Shown here: positions 10,611 to 23,287 of the stretch, piece by piece
Numbering within the stretch: the first letter of the stretch is position 1
Layout: each line of letters opens with the position of its first letter
Source of the DNA: Atractiella rhizophila
Lineage: Eukaryota
Direction: 5' to 3'
Assembly: GCA_021432655.1 (NCBI GenBank)
Contig: MU271576.1
Span: 1-42,549, forward strand
DNA length: 42,549 bases
The notes under the pieces: generated by a model
The model's database searches: none
What the model was told of the DNA's origin: nothing
What the model saw: the letters and a program-made list of their open reading frames with translations, nothing else
Translations under genes and position numbers: made by a program

Positions 10611-13329
10611 ATGCGTCCAATTTCAACTGGGCGAGCGATGAGGTCATCGTCCAATCGCTTCCGCTCCGATGCATCTCCGACACATTGTTTGTCCCAATCC
10701 AAACAAGATTACCTCGATCTGGTGCAAGCCAGAGTCAGTGCTGAGTTACAGTCACCAACTGAAAACAACTCCGACTCCCTGCTATATTTCATGACGCCCG
10801 ATCCAACCACTTCCAGCGCTAAAGAGCAAAGCCACCCACCAGTGAAAAGTGAGGTATCCCATGTGAGGAAAAGACTTGCGTCCGAAAGTCAAGGCCGAAT
10901 TTTTCAAGCGACGAAGAGCGCCTTTCTCCAGCGATTTTTCCATGGATACGACAATCAATCCATACCCTCAGCTGAGTTGACGAAATGTATGGAAACTCTG
11001 GACAAAACGTGCCACAAAGCGAACGAGGTGTACGATCCGATTGTAAGTTCGCAACGATATAACTGCTTTCCTCGACAGTCAGCATTGACGTAGAATTCTA
11101 CAGGTGAAACTCTTCAACAAAGTATGCAATGCGTCAAACTTGCATTTCTATAACGTTCACCGTGGCAGCGACCAGAAAGTCTCCTCTCTCAATCGACCAG
11201 ATTTCTTCGCAGTCGACACGGAGAGAGTGCTAGGCTCAAAGTGTTGTGGCCCTGGTGAGGAAGGACGTCGCATACAGAACGTGTGTTGGCTGCACGCAGA
11301 ACTCGTTGGCAACTTCAGGTTAATGAAGGACGAAGATCCGTTCGACGACAGGGTCAACCTCACTGGAAGGCAAAAAAACACACTCAATCAGCTACTTCAC
11401 CATCTCTTCGACATGTCCCAGACCCAACATCGAACGAGCGCCATCGTTGTCGTCATCTTCAAAGGCTCAGCCAGGCTAATTCGATGGAGCCCGAAATCTG
11501 TCATCTACACCGACTCATTCGACTTCAAGGACAAAAATAATGCAGAACAATTCTTACAATTTCTCAAGACCTTTTCTACATCCACTCAAGCCGAGCGAGG
11601 CATCAATCAACACTTCACGTTGGCACCAGAAGCCGATCGTGAACTCGCCCGAGATTTCTTCAAGAAGCAAGCATTAAAAATCGAGGCAGCGGGTTTTGAT
11701 GATCCAACCCAGAGTTCAGAAAACTACTGGGAAATCACAATACCTCTCCCACCAACTTGCGAGACTGGGTATAGGAACCTGACAATGCCTTCCGCCCCTC
11801 CCGCTGGATTACCCTTTCGGAAAGTCACAGCCATCCGACTTCACAGATATTCCGGGTCTCTGTGCGGGAGGAATGCTCGGTTTTTTGCGGGATGGGACCG
11901 TGACCTAGACGAACTTGTTTTTGTCAAGGCGAGCTGGACATATACAGGTAATGGCTGTCTCCCAGAGTCTGCAATCTATCAGGAGTTAGAGAAACACAAG
12001 GCAGACCATGTTCAGAAGATGCTCTATGGTGGTCCCGCCGCCGGTCGCGAGTATTCAACGAGCAACTGGGACTGCGAAGAACTGCCGAGTGAAAAATTGA
12101 ACGGCCACGCTCAGACGGACGTACAGTTGCTGAATCAACAATTTCACCTCATGGCGTTGCCATTCGTTCGCCCTCTGTCAACTTTCAAAAACGGGTATGA
12201 GCTTCTTGTTGGAATCTTGGGGGCACTCCAAGGTGAGTAAAGAGATGTTCAGTTCATATCAAACTGACTGCCAGCTTTCTAGGTATCGTTGAACTGAACA
12301 GAGCTGGCATACTCCATCGAGACATCAGTACCGGAAACGTGGTTTTCACCTCAAGCAACCAAATCGAGGAAGTGGAGGCTGTAATTCAAGACTTCGACTT
12401 CGCCATCAAGGTGCAAAGAGAGGGAGATGCGAGTCGCGAGCGTACAGTAAGCAAGAGCTATTTCAATTCGGAGCATTGCTCATTTTTCGTAGGGGACATG
12501 GATGTTTATTTCGGCCATGATGATCGATGGAGAGCAATCTCATACATTGTCGGACGATTTTGAGTCGATCTATCACATGTTGTGTATCCTTACCTATGCG
12601 CACATCACCGAAGCCGTCATCCCTCAACTTGATTCACAGATCAAAGAATATCTTAGCAGCATGTCGGCACCCTCAAAAAGGAGCGATATCACAGGCCAAG
12701 CCAGCGGCTTCCGGCTGGGAGAGATCCTGCAGATTGACATCTTTGGACCCATAATAATTCTCTTTCGCCTTTTCCTATCCACTCGCTACTTGGATAATCC
12801 GGATCAGAAAATACGTCGATACAATAGAGCGAAAACGTATTGCGCACTGCTGAATCTGTCCGATATTGACAGTCTGTTGACTCCATTTTTGCAACAGCCA
12901 ACTGATGAGGAGAAAGCAGTCGAGATCGCCCTTTGGGAAAGTGGCGAAGAAATAAAGATTTCATTTGATGGCGAAGAAGCTTGTCAATGTCTGATCAACG
13001 TGATTAAAGCAGTTCTCCTCCATTCTCCTCACGTCGATGCCCTAAAACGGATGAATCACTTACGGCCAGATTTCATTCTCCAATATATTGGCGCGAAGCC
13101 GGAGGAGACCATCCTCAGCAGCCTCAGCAACGTCAGCAATGTTAGCAACACCAGCAACATCAGCAACAACAACAACGTCAGCAACAACAGCAACGTCAGC
13201 AACAACAAAAGAACTGCATCACAGCAAGGAGGTTCTCATTCAAAGGTCCAACGAACGGCTACAAATACCTCTCCGTCGTCCAAGCCAGACAGTCAATCAT
13301 CTGTGACAATACCAGAGGCTTTGTTTTGA
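10611..13329 (+). CDS. FunK1 (Pkinase_fungal) family protein kinase
   Basis: Introns 11043-11103, 12233-12282 and 12447-12492 give RPDFF, SLCGRNAR, VFVKASW, GILHRDISTGNV, IQDFDFA, ERTGTWMFIS and HTLSDDFESIY, which are FunK1 motifs. Start codon uncertain (10611, 10638 or later). Confidence 0.9.
13117..13206 (+). repeat. Coding 9-bp degenerate repeat (AGCAACNNC) giving a Ser-Asn-x tract in the FunK1 tail
   Basis: Translates as SSLSNVSNVSNTSNISNNNNVSNNSNVSNN. Confidence 0.9.
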
Positions 13330-14228
13330 TCCGACATCTCTCAGATTATTACTCTGTCACTCTTTGTCACTTTCGTCTTTGATTTCCAGCAAGCCACCAT
13401 TTCACCCGACAGGTTACGCATGCATAATCCGTTTCATTCTGCAAGCAATGAAGACAAGATTTAAAACCGCTCTGCGCGGTCGGGATTTTCATCTTATGTA
13501 AAAACGCGGATATGATTGTCCTCTCAATCGTGGTAAATGTCCATCATATGTACAAATCATTCCACATGCAACATCGCCTCATTCGCGAACATGCAGAGTT
13601 TGATCATCAAAACTCGATGGGCTCTTCTCGTATTCCTCATAAGGCATTGGTGGGTTTTCCAAAGGGACCCTCTCTTTCGTTCCGCTTGGATACCCCTTAG
13701 CTGCGAGCGCTGTAGATGTCCTAAGCAGCATCCGTCTGTGCGAGTAGATGACGAAAACTAGGACGAGGAGGACGAAAGCGAAATTCCCCGCCAACAGGCC
13801 AATCTGTAGTCAGAGCGATGAGAACATAAAGTAACCTATGGTAGAAGAAAGAAGCGAACGGCGAGTTTCTTGAACGGTTCGTCCACGGCGGACGCTTCGC
13901 TGTCAGAACCAGAAACAGCCCTGGAGAATGCGTCGTTGATAGAGAGTGCAGCAGAGGATTTGACCGTGGAATTGCCTGCGGCATATCTTAACCAAAAACT
14001 GACGGAGAGAAAAAGTAACAACGGACTCAACCCGCTGTTCCTGCCCCACGAGTATCCACCTGGTTCGCTAAGACCACACCTCTCTAGGCAAGAAGCAACG
14101 CTGGACGTGTATTCAGGTCCATATCCAGATTAAATACAAGCACGCACCCCTTAGCAACATTTGCTGGCACCTTGTCTGCGAGAGCAGCTACTTCTTCCAG
14201 GCCAAGTCCGCCTAGAGTAGCTGCAACA

Positions 14229-14700
14229 CTAAATAGCTCGATTATTTCTAACCTCGAGTAAGAAAGCAGTCGACGAACATATCCGCTGGAAGGTTTTCAA
14301 AGAAGCGATTGGCGAATTGAAGTCCACCAGGATCTGCACTCCCAAATGCTGCGACGAAGACCACGGGGTCGCATTCCATATTCTGTTGGAAGTGGATCGA
14401 TCCTTGAGGGAAGATGGAAGCTGTAAGGCATAGTTATCAGTGGCCGGGCCATATAGTGCAGATAGCCTCGGTGGCTGCTTACCTTGCAAAGGATTGATCT
14501 CGACTTGGACGAAGGAAGCCCCATTCTCTGCTCTTCTGTCAATGGTGCTCACTGTGATGGACAGACCTGACCTTGGAACATGCCAGATTGCAACGTCCCA
14601 TTCATGGATAGTAGAAGCTCCGTAGCCCTGACTCATTCCTTGAGCGACTCGGTGGAAAGATGAAGAAAACTTGCCGCGGATGAGAATGAGCTAGAGTATG
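14229..14700 (-). mobile_element. Possible degenerate AP-endonuclease fragment of a non-LTR retrotransposon
   Basis: ORF 14229-14636 has VQVEI...LSALYGPA...ILVDFNS, resembling the YAP and GDFN motifs of LINE endonucleases. It abuts the cupin truncation. No reverse transcriptase seen. Confidence 0.3.
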
Positions 14701-14735
14701 AGTTGACTTCAGCCGAAAGCATCCATCGTTGTATG

Positions 14736-15199
14736 TCACGCACGTGTACTGCGAGAAAGCATTAGTGACAGATACTTTGTTTTGATGTGACGTACTTCAG
14801 GCCACAAGGGCCAAGGAACCCTAAAGTCATCGCGACTCCTATGCCAAAAGAGAAAACGGGATCAATGGATATGCATTTTTTTTGGTTATCTCAAACCTTG
14901 TCCAATCAAGGCCGGGAAAGTGTCAACGTTAGCAGCTGCATTCGAATTCAGATTTCAATATAACCTTGGCCGAATTACTTACAAACAAGAGTTCCGGCTT
15001 GTCCTGTGGTCACTCCTGCTGATGGGTTGCCAAAGTCAAAAACCAGGGACCCAGGTGCAGTCGTGTTAAGAACTTTGAATCGATCGAGAGCACTGGCACT
15101 TGTGACCAATGCTGTCTGAAGATCTGATCCATCGTTGGAAGCAACTACAGAAGCGAAGATGCCTAAAACCTGAAAAATAACAAACTTATCACAATACAT
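14736..15199 (-). pseudogene. 3'-truncated spherulin/germin-like secreted cupin
   Basis: Signal-like N-terminus; three GT-AG introns join VFDF...SANVDTFPALIGQGVAMTLGFLGPCGLNT, then RA-stop where the family has PHxHPRATE. Confidence 0.8.
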
Positions 15200-16127
15200 A
15201 GTATGAGCTTAGAAACGGAGACTCGTTCTCAAAGACGATTTGATCCAGGTGTAATTCACCCTCCTAGACGCGTTCATTTCCTTTGGGAGTTCTGCTTTTA
15301 TTATGCCTTCTTGCTGGGCCGGCACTGGACAAAGAGCGAGGAACAAAGGCCATTCAAACATTAAGTCCGTGGTACGATTGGGCATTGCTCTGGGGCAAGG
15401 AGATTACGTCGTACGACGATTGGAATCTACTGTTGGTCGTGTTTTCTTGATGTTAGTAGGAGTGTACCGACTTAAACTATGGCGGGTTATTCGATACTGG
15501 CCAACCCTGCATCACACCGTCCTCGCTCTTCCCTTCTCCGGGCCAAAGGCTCCCGATGGAACGTCCTTTGTGACGTAGAGGCAGCAGTCTCCTTAAGCCA
15601 GCCAACTGGCATAATTTGTAACTATCAGTGCAGTACCACGACTGCGACTCGTTAAGTTAAGCCGTCACCAGAACAATCTTCCAACTGTGTATGGCTAGGG
15701 CCTTTTAAACATGTTATAGTCACTCACAATAGCAACAGAACGACATTGCAATATAGGAATTGGTCTCCCAATACTTCATTAATTCCTTTGGAAGCAGCAG
15801 TCCAGTTTGGAAGCGTGACCTTGTGTCATCTATCGCACTTGTAGCTGAAATTGCGCATCGTAACTAGCTGGCCTGACCTTCAACACTCATGCTGAATAAT
15901 ATCATTATGTTCAATTGAACCATCCTAGCGCATAAATATGAGTGGGCTCATGCCAACGCACCACTGTGCATATTAACTTTCTTGAAGTAAAATCGGGGAG
16001 AGGTTCGCTCATTAATATGTCCATCTAACAGCCGCGCATCTGTCTTACGCGACAGGAACTAAACGCTCCTGGTTGGAAACAACACGGATATCGCAATCTC
16101 AAAATTTCAAACACAAGAGACGGACCT

Positions 16128-17561
16128 TTAAATTTTCAGCCACGGATCATTCAACAAGTCTCGTGCGCTGTCCCGCTCCTCCGGCCTCCATTTCAACATC
16201 CTTCTCACAAAGGTCAAGAAAGCGGCCTTTTCCGATTTGCTCAACATTTTTTCTGCGACCTCAAGGCTCGCATGAGGTATTGCCGTTTTGCCGGTCCAAT
16301 TTCCTAGACCTACTTGAGAAATCTAGTAACCAACTAAGCAGAACTGACCATTCCGATCGAACCAGTCCCATATTCGCGCGCCTTTTGTGCGTTGAAGGAA
16401 GTCAAGAGGAGGCGGACCGAGCAATGCTATCATGTGGGCTAGGTGGTAGATATTGTCCTCTTTGCCCTCAGGACCACCAGTTGTGCGAAATAGGCTTTGG
16501 GGTTGAAAGGTATCCCAAATCATGACGCCAACATTCCATATATCGACAGAACGGTCCCACGGAATTTCAAAAATGACCTAGGCGAGGGTAATGAGGTCCC
16601 TGCGTCTCGGCTGGTCGTACGCACCTCTGGAGCTCGATATGAGTATGGCTGAATGTCTGCCAAGTTGTCATAGTCCTCTATATTCCGGGCTTCTCCAAAG
16701 TCGCACAAAACCGGCCTACCGTAACTGTAGATAGGCGGCACAAGCCGACGCGAAACGTAAATGGTACGTTCTCCAGAAATCTTTCGAGCACTAGGAGTTT
16801 CAAGTTCTGCCTTTTCGAAATCTTCAAGATCACGTTCTGACGTTTCCTCGGCCAAGCCTAGCAGGATGTTCTTTTCTTGTATGTCTGAATACCGTATATG
16901 AATATGAGTAAGTCAGGACCGTGTTAGTAACAATAATGTACCTGTGTGAATCAGTTTCGCCTCAGTGTGGAGGAAGTCTAATGCCAGCAAAAGATGTTGC
17001 AAGACCAACTTCAAGAGATTAACTGGAATCATTCGGGATGGGAGTAGCTGTCTGAAGTCGCGAAGGGTTATAGCCTGTGGTCGATGAACGAGACATTGGA
17101 AGCCACCGTGCCGATTTGATAGCTCAAAGTCGTCCAAATGTTGTCGCACGAGTAATGACCCAGCATGTTTGGTTTTGATTGACTTGAGTCGTCTCAGGGC
17201 TAACAATTCGCTTGAGAGAGCATGCACAGTTCCGATCTTTATTGCAACGAATACATGTCGTCTGCTTTCAAAGCGCTTAGAAGAAATGCCAACGGAAACA
17301 CAGAAACAAAACGCACCTCAAATCCCTTGCGAGCCAAGCGGTACCATGGCTACCGAATCCCAGCTTGCCCACCACTTGATATTGTTCATTCAGCACCTCT
17401 CCAATCTTCACCGGATAGAATTCTTCAGGTTTATACCACTCCCACGTCTCTTCTTCGAGAGGAATCGAACTTTCAAGGAGCTGGAAACCCGTTGCCGGAA
17501 AGACGCGTGGAATCAGAGGTTTTCGAGCAAGAGGGCTCAACGACCGCAAAGCGCGTAACAT
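16128..17561 (-). CDS. SRPK-like (CMGC) Ser/Thr kinase of the expanded fungal type
   Basis: FYPVKIGEVLNEQYQVVGKLGFGSHGTAWLARD, VAIK, IHTDIQEKN, LCDFGEAR, YRAPE, DIWNVG and MLKWRPEER..LLNDPWL across short introns; stop at 16128-16130. Confidence 0.93.
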
Positions 17562-17642
17562 TACCTGGCAAACCCATCACCCCCAGGGGTGTTCCTGCGA
17601 AACCGCTTGCTCATCAACACAATCAACCAACAAATCACTATC

Positions 17643-18799
17643 ATGAGCGTTTTCCCACCCACCTCGCCTTCTGTCACTCCACACCGGCAAAGCCACACGA
17701 TAGGATTCGGCCATGCGAAGTCCTACAATCCCTCCTCCTCGTCGATGATGAACAACGGCCAGTTCGGATTCGGACAGGCTTTCTCCCCCACTCCCTCGAC
17801 CTCAAATCCGACTTATCACATGAGCGGCACATCGACGAGTGCATCTGGAGGGTGGAGAACCCCTTTTGCAAGCATTGGGAATCGATCGGCGACGACGCTG
17901 GGTTGGGGAGGACAAGGGAACCTCGGAGGCGGAGGACAAGGATCGACCAAGAGACGGCGATCTCCCTCTCCCGGCTCTGGGAGGATGGAGAGCTCTCCAA
18001 TTCCAGAGGAGAAGGAGAAAAGAGTTATCAAGCGTGGAAGAGTTGTGAAGGACGCAGTATCCACTCCCATCGGTTCGCAAACTGCGAAGAAGGAGGATGT
18101 GGACCTTGGAAAGGCATTGGGTGCGTCTTTGTATCTTGTCTGAGACAGTGACAGTGGGCGTGGTTATTTATCTTGCCTATGTTTTTACAAATAGCCGACC
18201 TCGATGCTCCAGCCCTTCGATCCCTCGTGCTCTCCCTCGCCTCATCCAATCCTTCTCTCATTCCCTCGATTCAATCCCTCCTTCCTCGACCCACACTCGA
18301 ATCTCTTCTCAATTCACTTTCCTCCGTAGAATCTCCCTTGGTCAACTCCATTCCTCGCGGCACTGCACGGCCTGAGTACATCCTTGGCCGTGTTCGAGGA
18401 CCATTACAGGAGTGGATAGCTGAAGTGGGAAGGGTGTGCTCCATCGGGGAGAGTTGGACGAGGACGGAAGCTGGGAAGGAAGAAGAGCATCCGAACACCG
18501 TCTTCGCTCTGTTTCTCACGGCTTCGCTTTCTTTCATTCGAGTTCATGCCGCGCTGCCCATCGACAACGTTCGTGAAATCTTACCTGCACTACAGCGCGG
18601 CTGGAAGGCATGGCTTGCGATGGTTCAGCGGAGACTTGGTGAGGGGAAGCTTGTCAGCGAGAGCACAGGGAGGGAGTGGTTGAGGAAGCTGGAGGAGTTG
18701 GGAGAGGGTGGTAGGGAGGTCAGAGATGATGTGGAGCGGATCGTTGGACCGTTCATTGGATTGAGGAGGCCGGTGGGGATGGACATGGAGGAGCTGTAG
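17643..18799 (+). CDS. STS1: Cut8/Sts1 nuclear proteasome tether
   Basis: Low-complexity FGFG N-terminus with KRRR and KRGR basic patches; intron 18121-18194; DLGKALADLDAPALRSLVLSL...LPRPTLE as in Cut8-domain proteins. Confidence 0.75.
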
Positions 18800-19307
18800 T
18801 ACTACGTTCTGTTTGTCGACTCTCACTGGTAATGATAATGCCTTTTTCTTCTTCTCGCACTCGTAATCAAACTTGCAAGCAACTGTGTTGACGATCGAAC
18901 TGATGGACATCAAAGCAGATCAATTAATCCGACGCAGCTACTGCGCCGCATAAGAGACTTTTCTTCTGCCAATGCTACCCAAGAAACAACCACCATCATG
19001 CCCAATCCCTCCTTTTTCCTTACCCATCTTTTCAAAGCGGCTAATAAAGAATAAAGTGAGATAGTTGGAAGTAGGGAGTTCGGAGTTGAATATAACTCAC
19101 GTGGGTACGCACAAAAGCGAACAGATGCACGCACAGCACAACTTCGAATACGGCCGCACGCGAGGGAAAAGCTCCCAATCGACGATCTACCTCGCGCTCC
19201 CTTCGAAAAGGCCAGCTGCTCCCGTCCCGACTTCCCTTTTCATCCATAAATACCAGTCCAGCGCCTAATCCATAATTTCTTGCCCGCGATACTCCAAGTC
19301 AAGAAGA

Positions 19308-21479
19308 ATGTTCGCTCTTTTCCTGCCCCTTCTCCTCCGAGGAGCCAACGCCCAATCCGTTTGCAACACCCAGCAGCCCAGCTTGCCTGGCACTTACCCT
19401 CCCGTGTTGACGACCGCCACCATCGTCAACGGGGACACGACCGCAAGGCAGCTGTTTGAGAGCATCAAGGCGGATCCAGCTTATGGCAATGTTTTGAATG
19501 GTGGAATAGCTCCCAAAGGAAACCCTAACGGAAGTGGTGACTTTTCAGGGTACAAGTAAGTGTCTTCTTTTTCTTGCATTTGCAGTCAGGAAGAAGGAGA
19601 CGAAATTCAAACAAGACTTTGTTCCTCTGCGTTTGTTTCAAGGAGCAGAACTCCGTGGTTGACAAAGACAAGTCATGTCCTTTTTACGCCATGGAAGAAA
19701 GGGGGAGTACTCCATGGCATTCTGTGAAGGTGTTAATTTGGACTGGCGCGAGAAGGGAGGAGCTAAACTGATCCAAAAGCCCTAAACGTTTATTTTGCCT
19801 GCTGCCATGCCAATGTGAACGACACAAGGAACTTAATTTTGGAAGTTGCCAATTGAGGCTCTCCGTACATGCTACTAAATTCGGCATAAGATCTTTCGAA
19901 GAAGTATCAAAAATGTCTGCAGAACTCTTGCGCTGCGTCTCCAGAATCTCTCCCATGGGAGGAAACTACTTTCACCTCACCTATGAACCTGTCGTCCTTT
20001 GTACCGTGGAGTTGGAATGGAGACTGAGCAGCCGTACGCTTTACTGACCTGCTGTTGCTTCCAGTTACCCCCCCGGAGATCCGTTCGTCACCCTCCCTCC
20101 TCTATTCGCAATGCGCTAACACATTCATACTAAAAGTGACTGTTGGTGGACGCAAGGGTTCGTCCATCTTTTTCTCTTGCACTGGATCGTCTGACGTCCA
20201 ATGCAGGAATTGCAAGACCCCCAAACGCTCATGGCTTCCAGTTGACTACTTTACGTGCTCGGAAGGAAGGACCTGGGGACTCTCTATTGACGATGGTCCT
20301 AACTGCAACAATGACCTCCTTTACTCATTCCTGTCCTCCCAAAATCCCCCGATCAAGGGAACCGTTTTTTACATCGGAAGTAATGTCATGGCATATCCCT
20401 TAGCAGCTCAAAGGGGTGCGCGCGATGGACACGAGTGAGCGATTCTGTCAGAACTAATATGAGGAGTAATAATAATACGAGAAATTAGGATCTGTGTTCA
20501 CACCTGGAGTCACAAGACTATGGTATCATTTCCGCTTCCAATATGGGAGAAACACTAAAGGGTGATCGACAGACGAGTTTGACAGATGAGCAAGTTTTTG
20601 CTGAACTGTACTACACCAAGGTTGCTATTCACGCCGCTACTGGGATAACAACCAAATGCTGGCGTCCTCCTCAAGGTAAATTTAGTTTACATCAGAGTAG
20701 GACGATAGCTGATGGTGGTTGCTGGGAAAGGTGATGTGGATGATCGGGTTAGGACCTGGGCTTTTGCTCTCGGTATGCGAACGGTGAGTGTCTGCTGCCA
20801 GTCATTAAAACCCAGGATAAGAACCAAAACCCGCTCGATCTACCCTCCTATCAACTCTTTCGCCGAAGTGCATGATCTGATAATGTGCTAAACACAGATC
20901 CTGTGGGACCACGACACTTTCGATTACGAACTGGATGCTGGAACCCCTCAGAGCACGATTGATAACAACTACCAAGGGATCTACAATGCCGCTTCAGACA
21001 ACAATGGCGTCGTCGTTCTCCAGCATGAACTCACGGACCAGACCATGGGGGAATTCATACGCCAGTACCCCAATGCCGCTCAACATTACCACCATTTCAT
21101 GCCTGTAACATCCTGTTATAACGACACGACGCCTTACGTGCAGACTAACATTACCTTCCCCACGTTTCAGCAATACCTGGCTGGACAGCGCGCAACGCCT
21201 GTAACCCCGTTCATAACTAACCAGCTACCCGTCTTCGCTACCTACGACGAGGACCCAACATCGGGAGGTACAACTTCCTCTTCGAGCACAACTACCTCGC
21301 AGACCACCTCGAGCGGGTCGACATCTAGCAACAATTCCCCCACCACGAGCACAACAGGAGGGTCAACAAAGCCTACCAATACTGCCGCGGGTGATCACAA
21401 TAACTCCGCTGCAACGAACGTAGTCATTGCTCGATGGGCGATCCTTGCTTCGCTAGCCGGATTAGGCCTGATGTTGTAG
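19308..21479 (+). CDS. Chitin deacetylase (CE4, MP98/Cda-like), secreted and probably GPI-anchored
   Basis: Signal peptide; DPDCWW, WGLSIDDGP, FYIGSNV, HTWSH, CWRPPQGDVDDRVR and VVLQHE; Ser/Thr tail ending in a hydrophobic stretch; micro-exons 20065-20082 and 20137-20157. Confidence 0.93.
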
Positions 21480-21760
21480 GGTGCAGATGGACTGACTTCT
21501 ATTATTCAACTTTGCTTTTGATGCAGCATGGGATTTCAACCCGAATCGTCTGATGTTGATGGATTTATTGCGCAGCACCTAATAGTTTTGTTCTCACCGA
21601 TGCCTGTCTTTACGACCTTCTCTATGGACATTTGAAACGGTGGATATCTACTTGCCAGTGACTTGAAGATGGCTCCTAGACGTATACATTCCCGAGTTCT
21701 TTTGAGTATGATTACACTACAAATCACGTCTACTACTCCTTCTCAAGAAGCTCGCCCCGA

Positions 21761-23287
21761 CTACGATGCACTCATCACCTGCGAGGTCGAAGCAGCGGTC
21801 GCGCTCGGTCTAAGTTCCTCATACTGTACGACATCCTCCTCCGTCGCCCCCATCAACACCTCCTCAACAGTTGAAGTTGGAGCATCCTCCCGCGCAAATT
21901 CAAAACTCTCCATGCCCTCCAAGCCCCAACGTCCCAACATCTCCTTATCCTCATCCCACCCGTTCGTGGGGGTCGTAAGCATGCGTTCGCCCGTGAAGAT
22001 CGCATTGCAGCCTGCGAGGAACGACATAGCTTGTTCAGTTTCTGAATACGAAGTACGACCAGCTGCGAAACGGATGATGGAGCTGAAAGCTTTCTCAACC
22101 AGGAACTAGAAGGACGCGATGTAAAAACTCACTGTGGCAGGACGATGCGCGCTGTCGCGATCGTCCGAAGGATATCGTGGAATTTGATAGGCTGTTCGTA
22201 GTAAATTAGTCAGATGGAATGAGCGAACACCCTTCCCACCTCGTTTTTCTCCAATGGCGTTCCTTGAATCGCTACCAAGGCATTAACGGGGAAACTTTCC
22301 GGTCCTTTGCCTCCTTGTAGTCTAGCAGCATTCTCAGCATAGCTCAAAGTAAATGTTAGGGATTGTGAAAAGACTCACTTGCTCATCTCCCAAATCAATC
22401 CCACTCGATCCGTCGCTTCCTCTCCTAATCCGAGAATGCCTCCTGAACACACCTTGATGCCAGCCTGCTGAACGGCGTCTATCGTTGCTAACCGTTCATC
22501 GTAGGAGCGAGTCGTGATCACCTGTGTTTAGTGCTTAGCCTAATCCTCGGTTGACGGACCAATAGCATACCTTAGGGTAAAACTCTCGGGAAGTGTCTAG
22601 ATTGTGGTTATAGGCGGTCAATCCAGCCTCTTTCAGCCGCATCGCTTGCTCTGGGGTCAACATTCCGAGCGTAGCGCAGACTTCCATGTCGAGTGCCCTA
22701 TAATATAGAAAGTCAATACTATGCTTTACTCATATTAAGACAGATCAAAAGCATCATCTAAAATACAATGCTTCCACTTAAACAATGCACATCCTTCTCT
22801 TCCAACCAGTTCGGCTAAGCAGAAAGACGAACCTGACTCCTTCTACCATCTTCAATATCCTCTCAAACCCGCTCTTGCGTCCATGCAAATCCCTCCACGC
22901 CGCACCCATACAAAACCTCGTGCTGCCATTCTCCTTTGCCCTCCTCGCCTCCCTCAAGACGGGTTCCAGATCAACCAACTTGCTCGCCTTGACGTCCGTC
23001 TTATGTCTGCTGCTCTGCGAACAGTAGCTGCAATCCTCCGTACATCCTCCCGTCTTGATGTTGAGCAACGTGCACAGCTGGACCTTGTGCAGTGGCTGGA
23101 ACTCGCGATGGACGAGCGAGGACTTGAACACTAGGTCGATGAGAGGGGAGTTGTATATCGATGTTATCTCTGACCGCGTCCATGATACTCCTAGGCCGCC
23201 TATCTTGGGGACAAGCGAGGCCAGCTGGATGGGCGAGGCAGGCGAAGGGATGCTCGTGATCGTTGCTAGGCCACGGCGAAAGGACAT
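21761..23287 (-). CDS. BIO2: Biotin synthase (radical SAM), mitochondrial
   Basis: [25 protein letters not shown] (CxxxCxxC), [39 protein letters not shown] and [12 protein letters not shown]. Confidence 0.97.

Noticed and set aside
13870..14230. Plus-strand scraps vaguely like basidiomycete transposase (NGLNPLF...)
   Set aside because: Too short and interrupted to assign.
17222..18151. 309-aa plus-strand ORF
   Set aside because: Overlaps the kinase antisense and Cut8 out of frame; no domain recognised.
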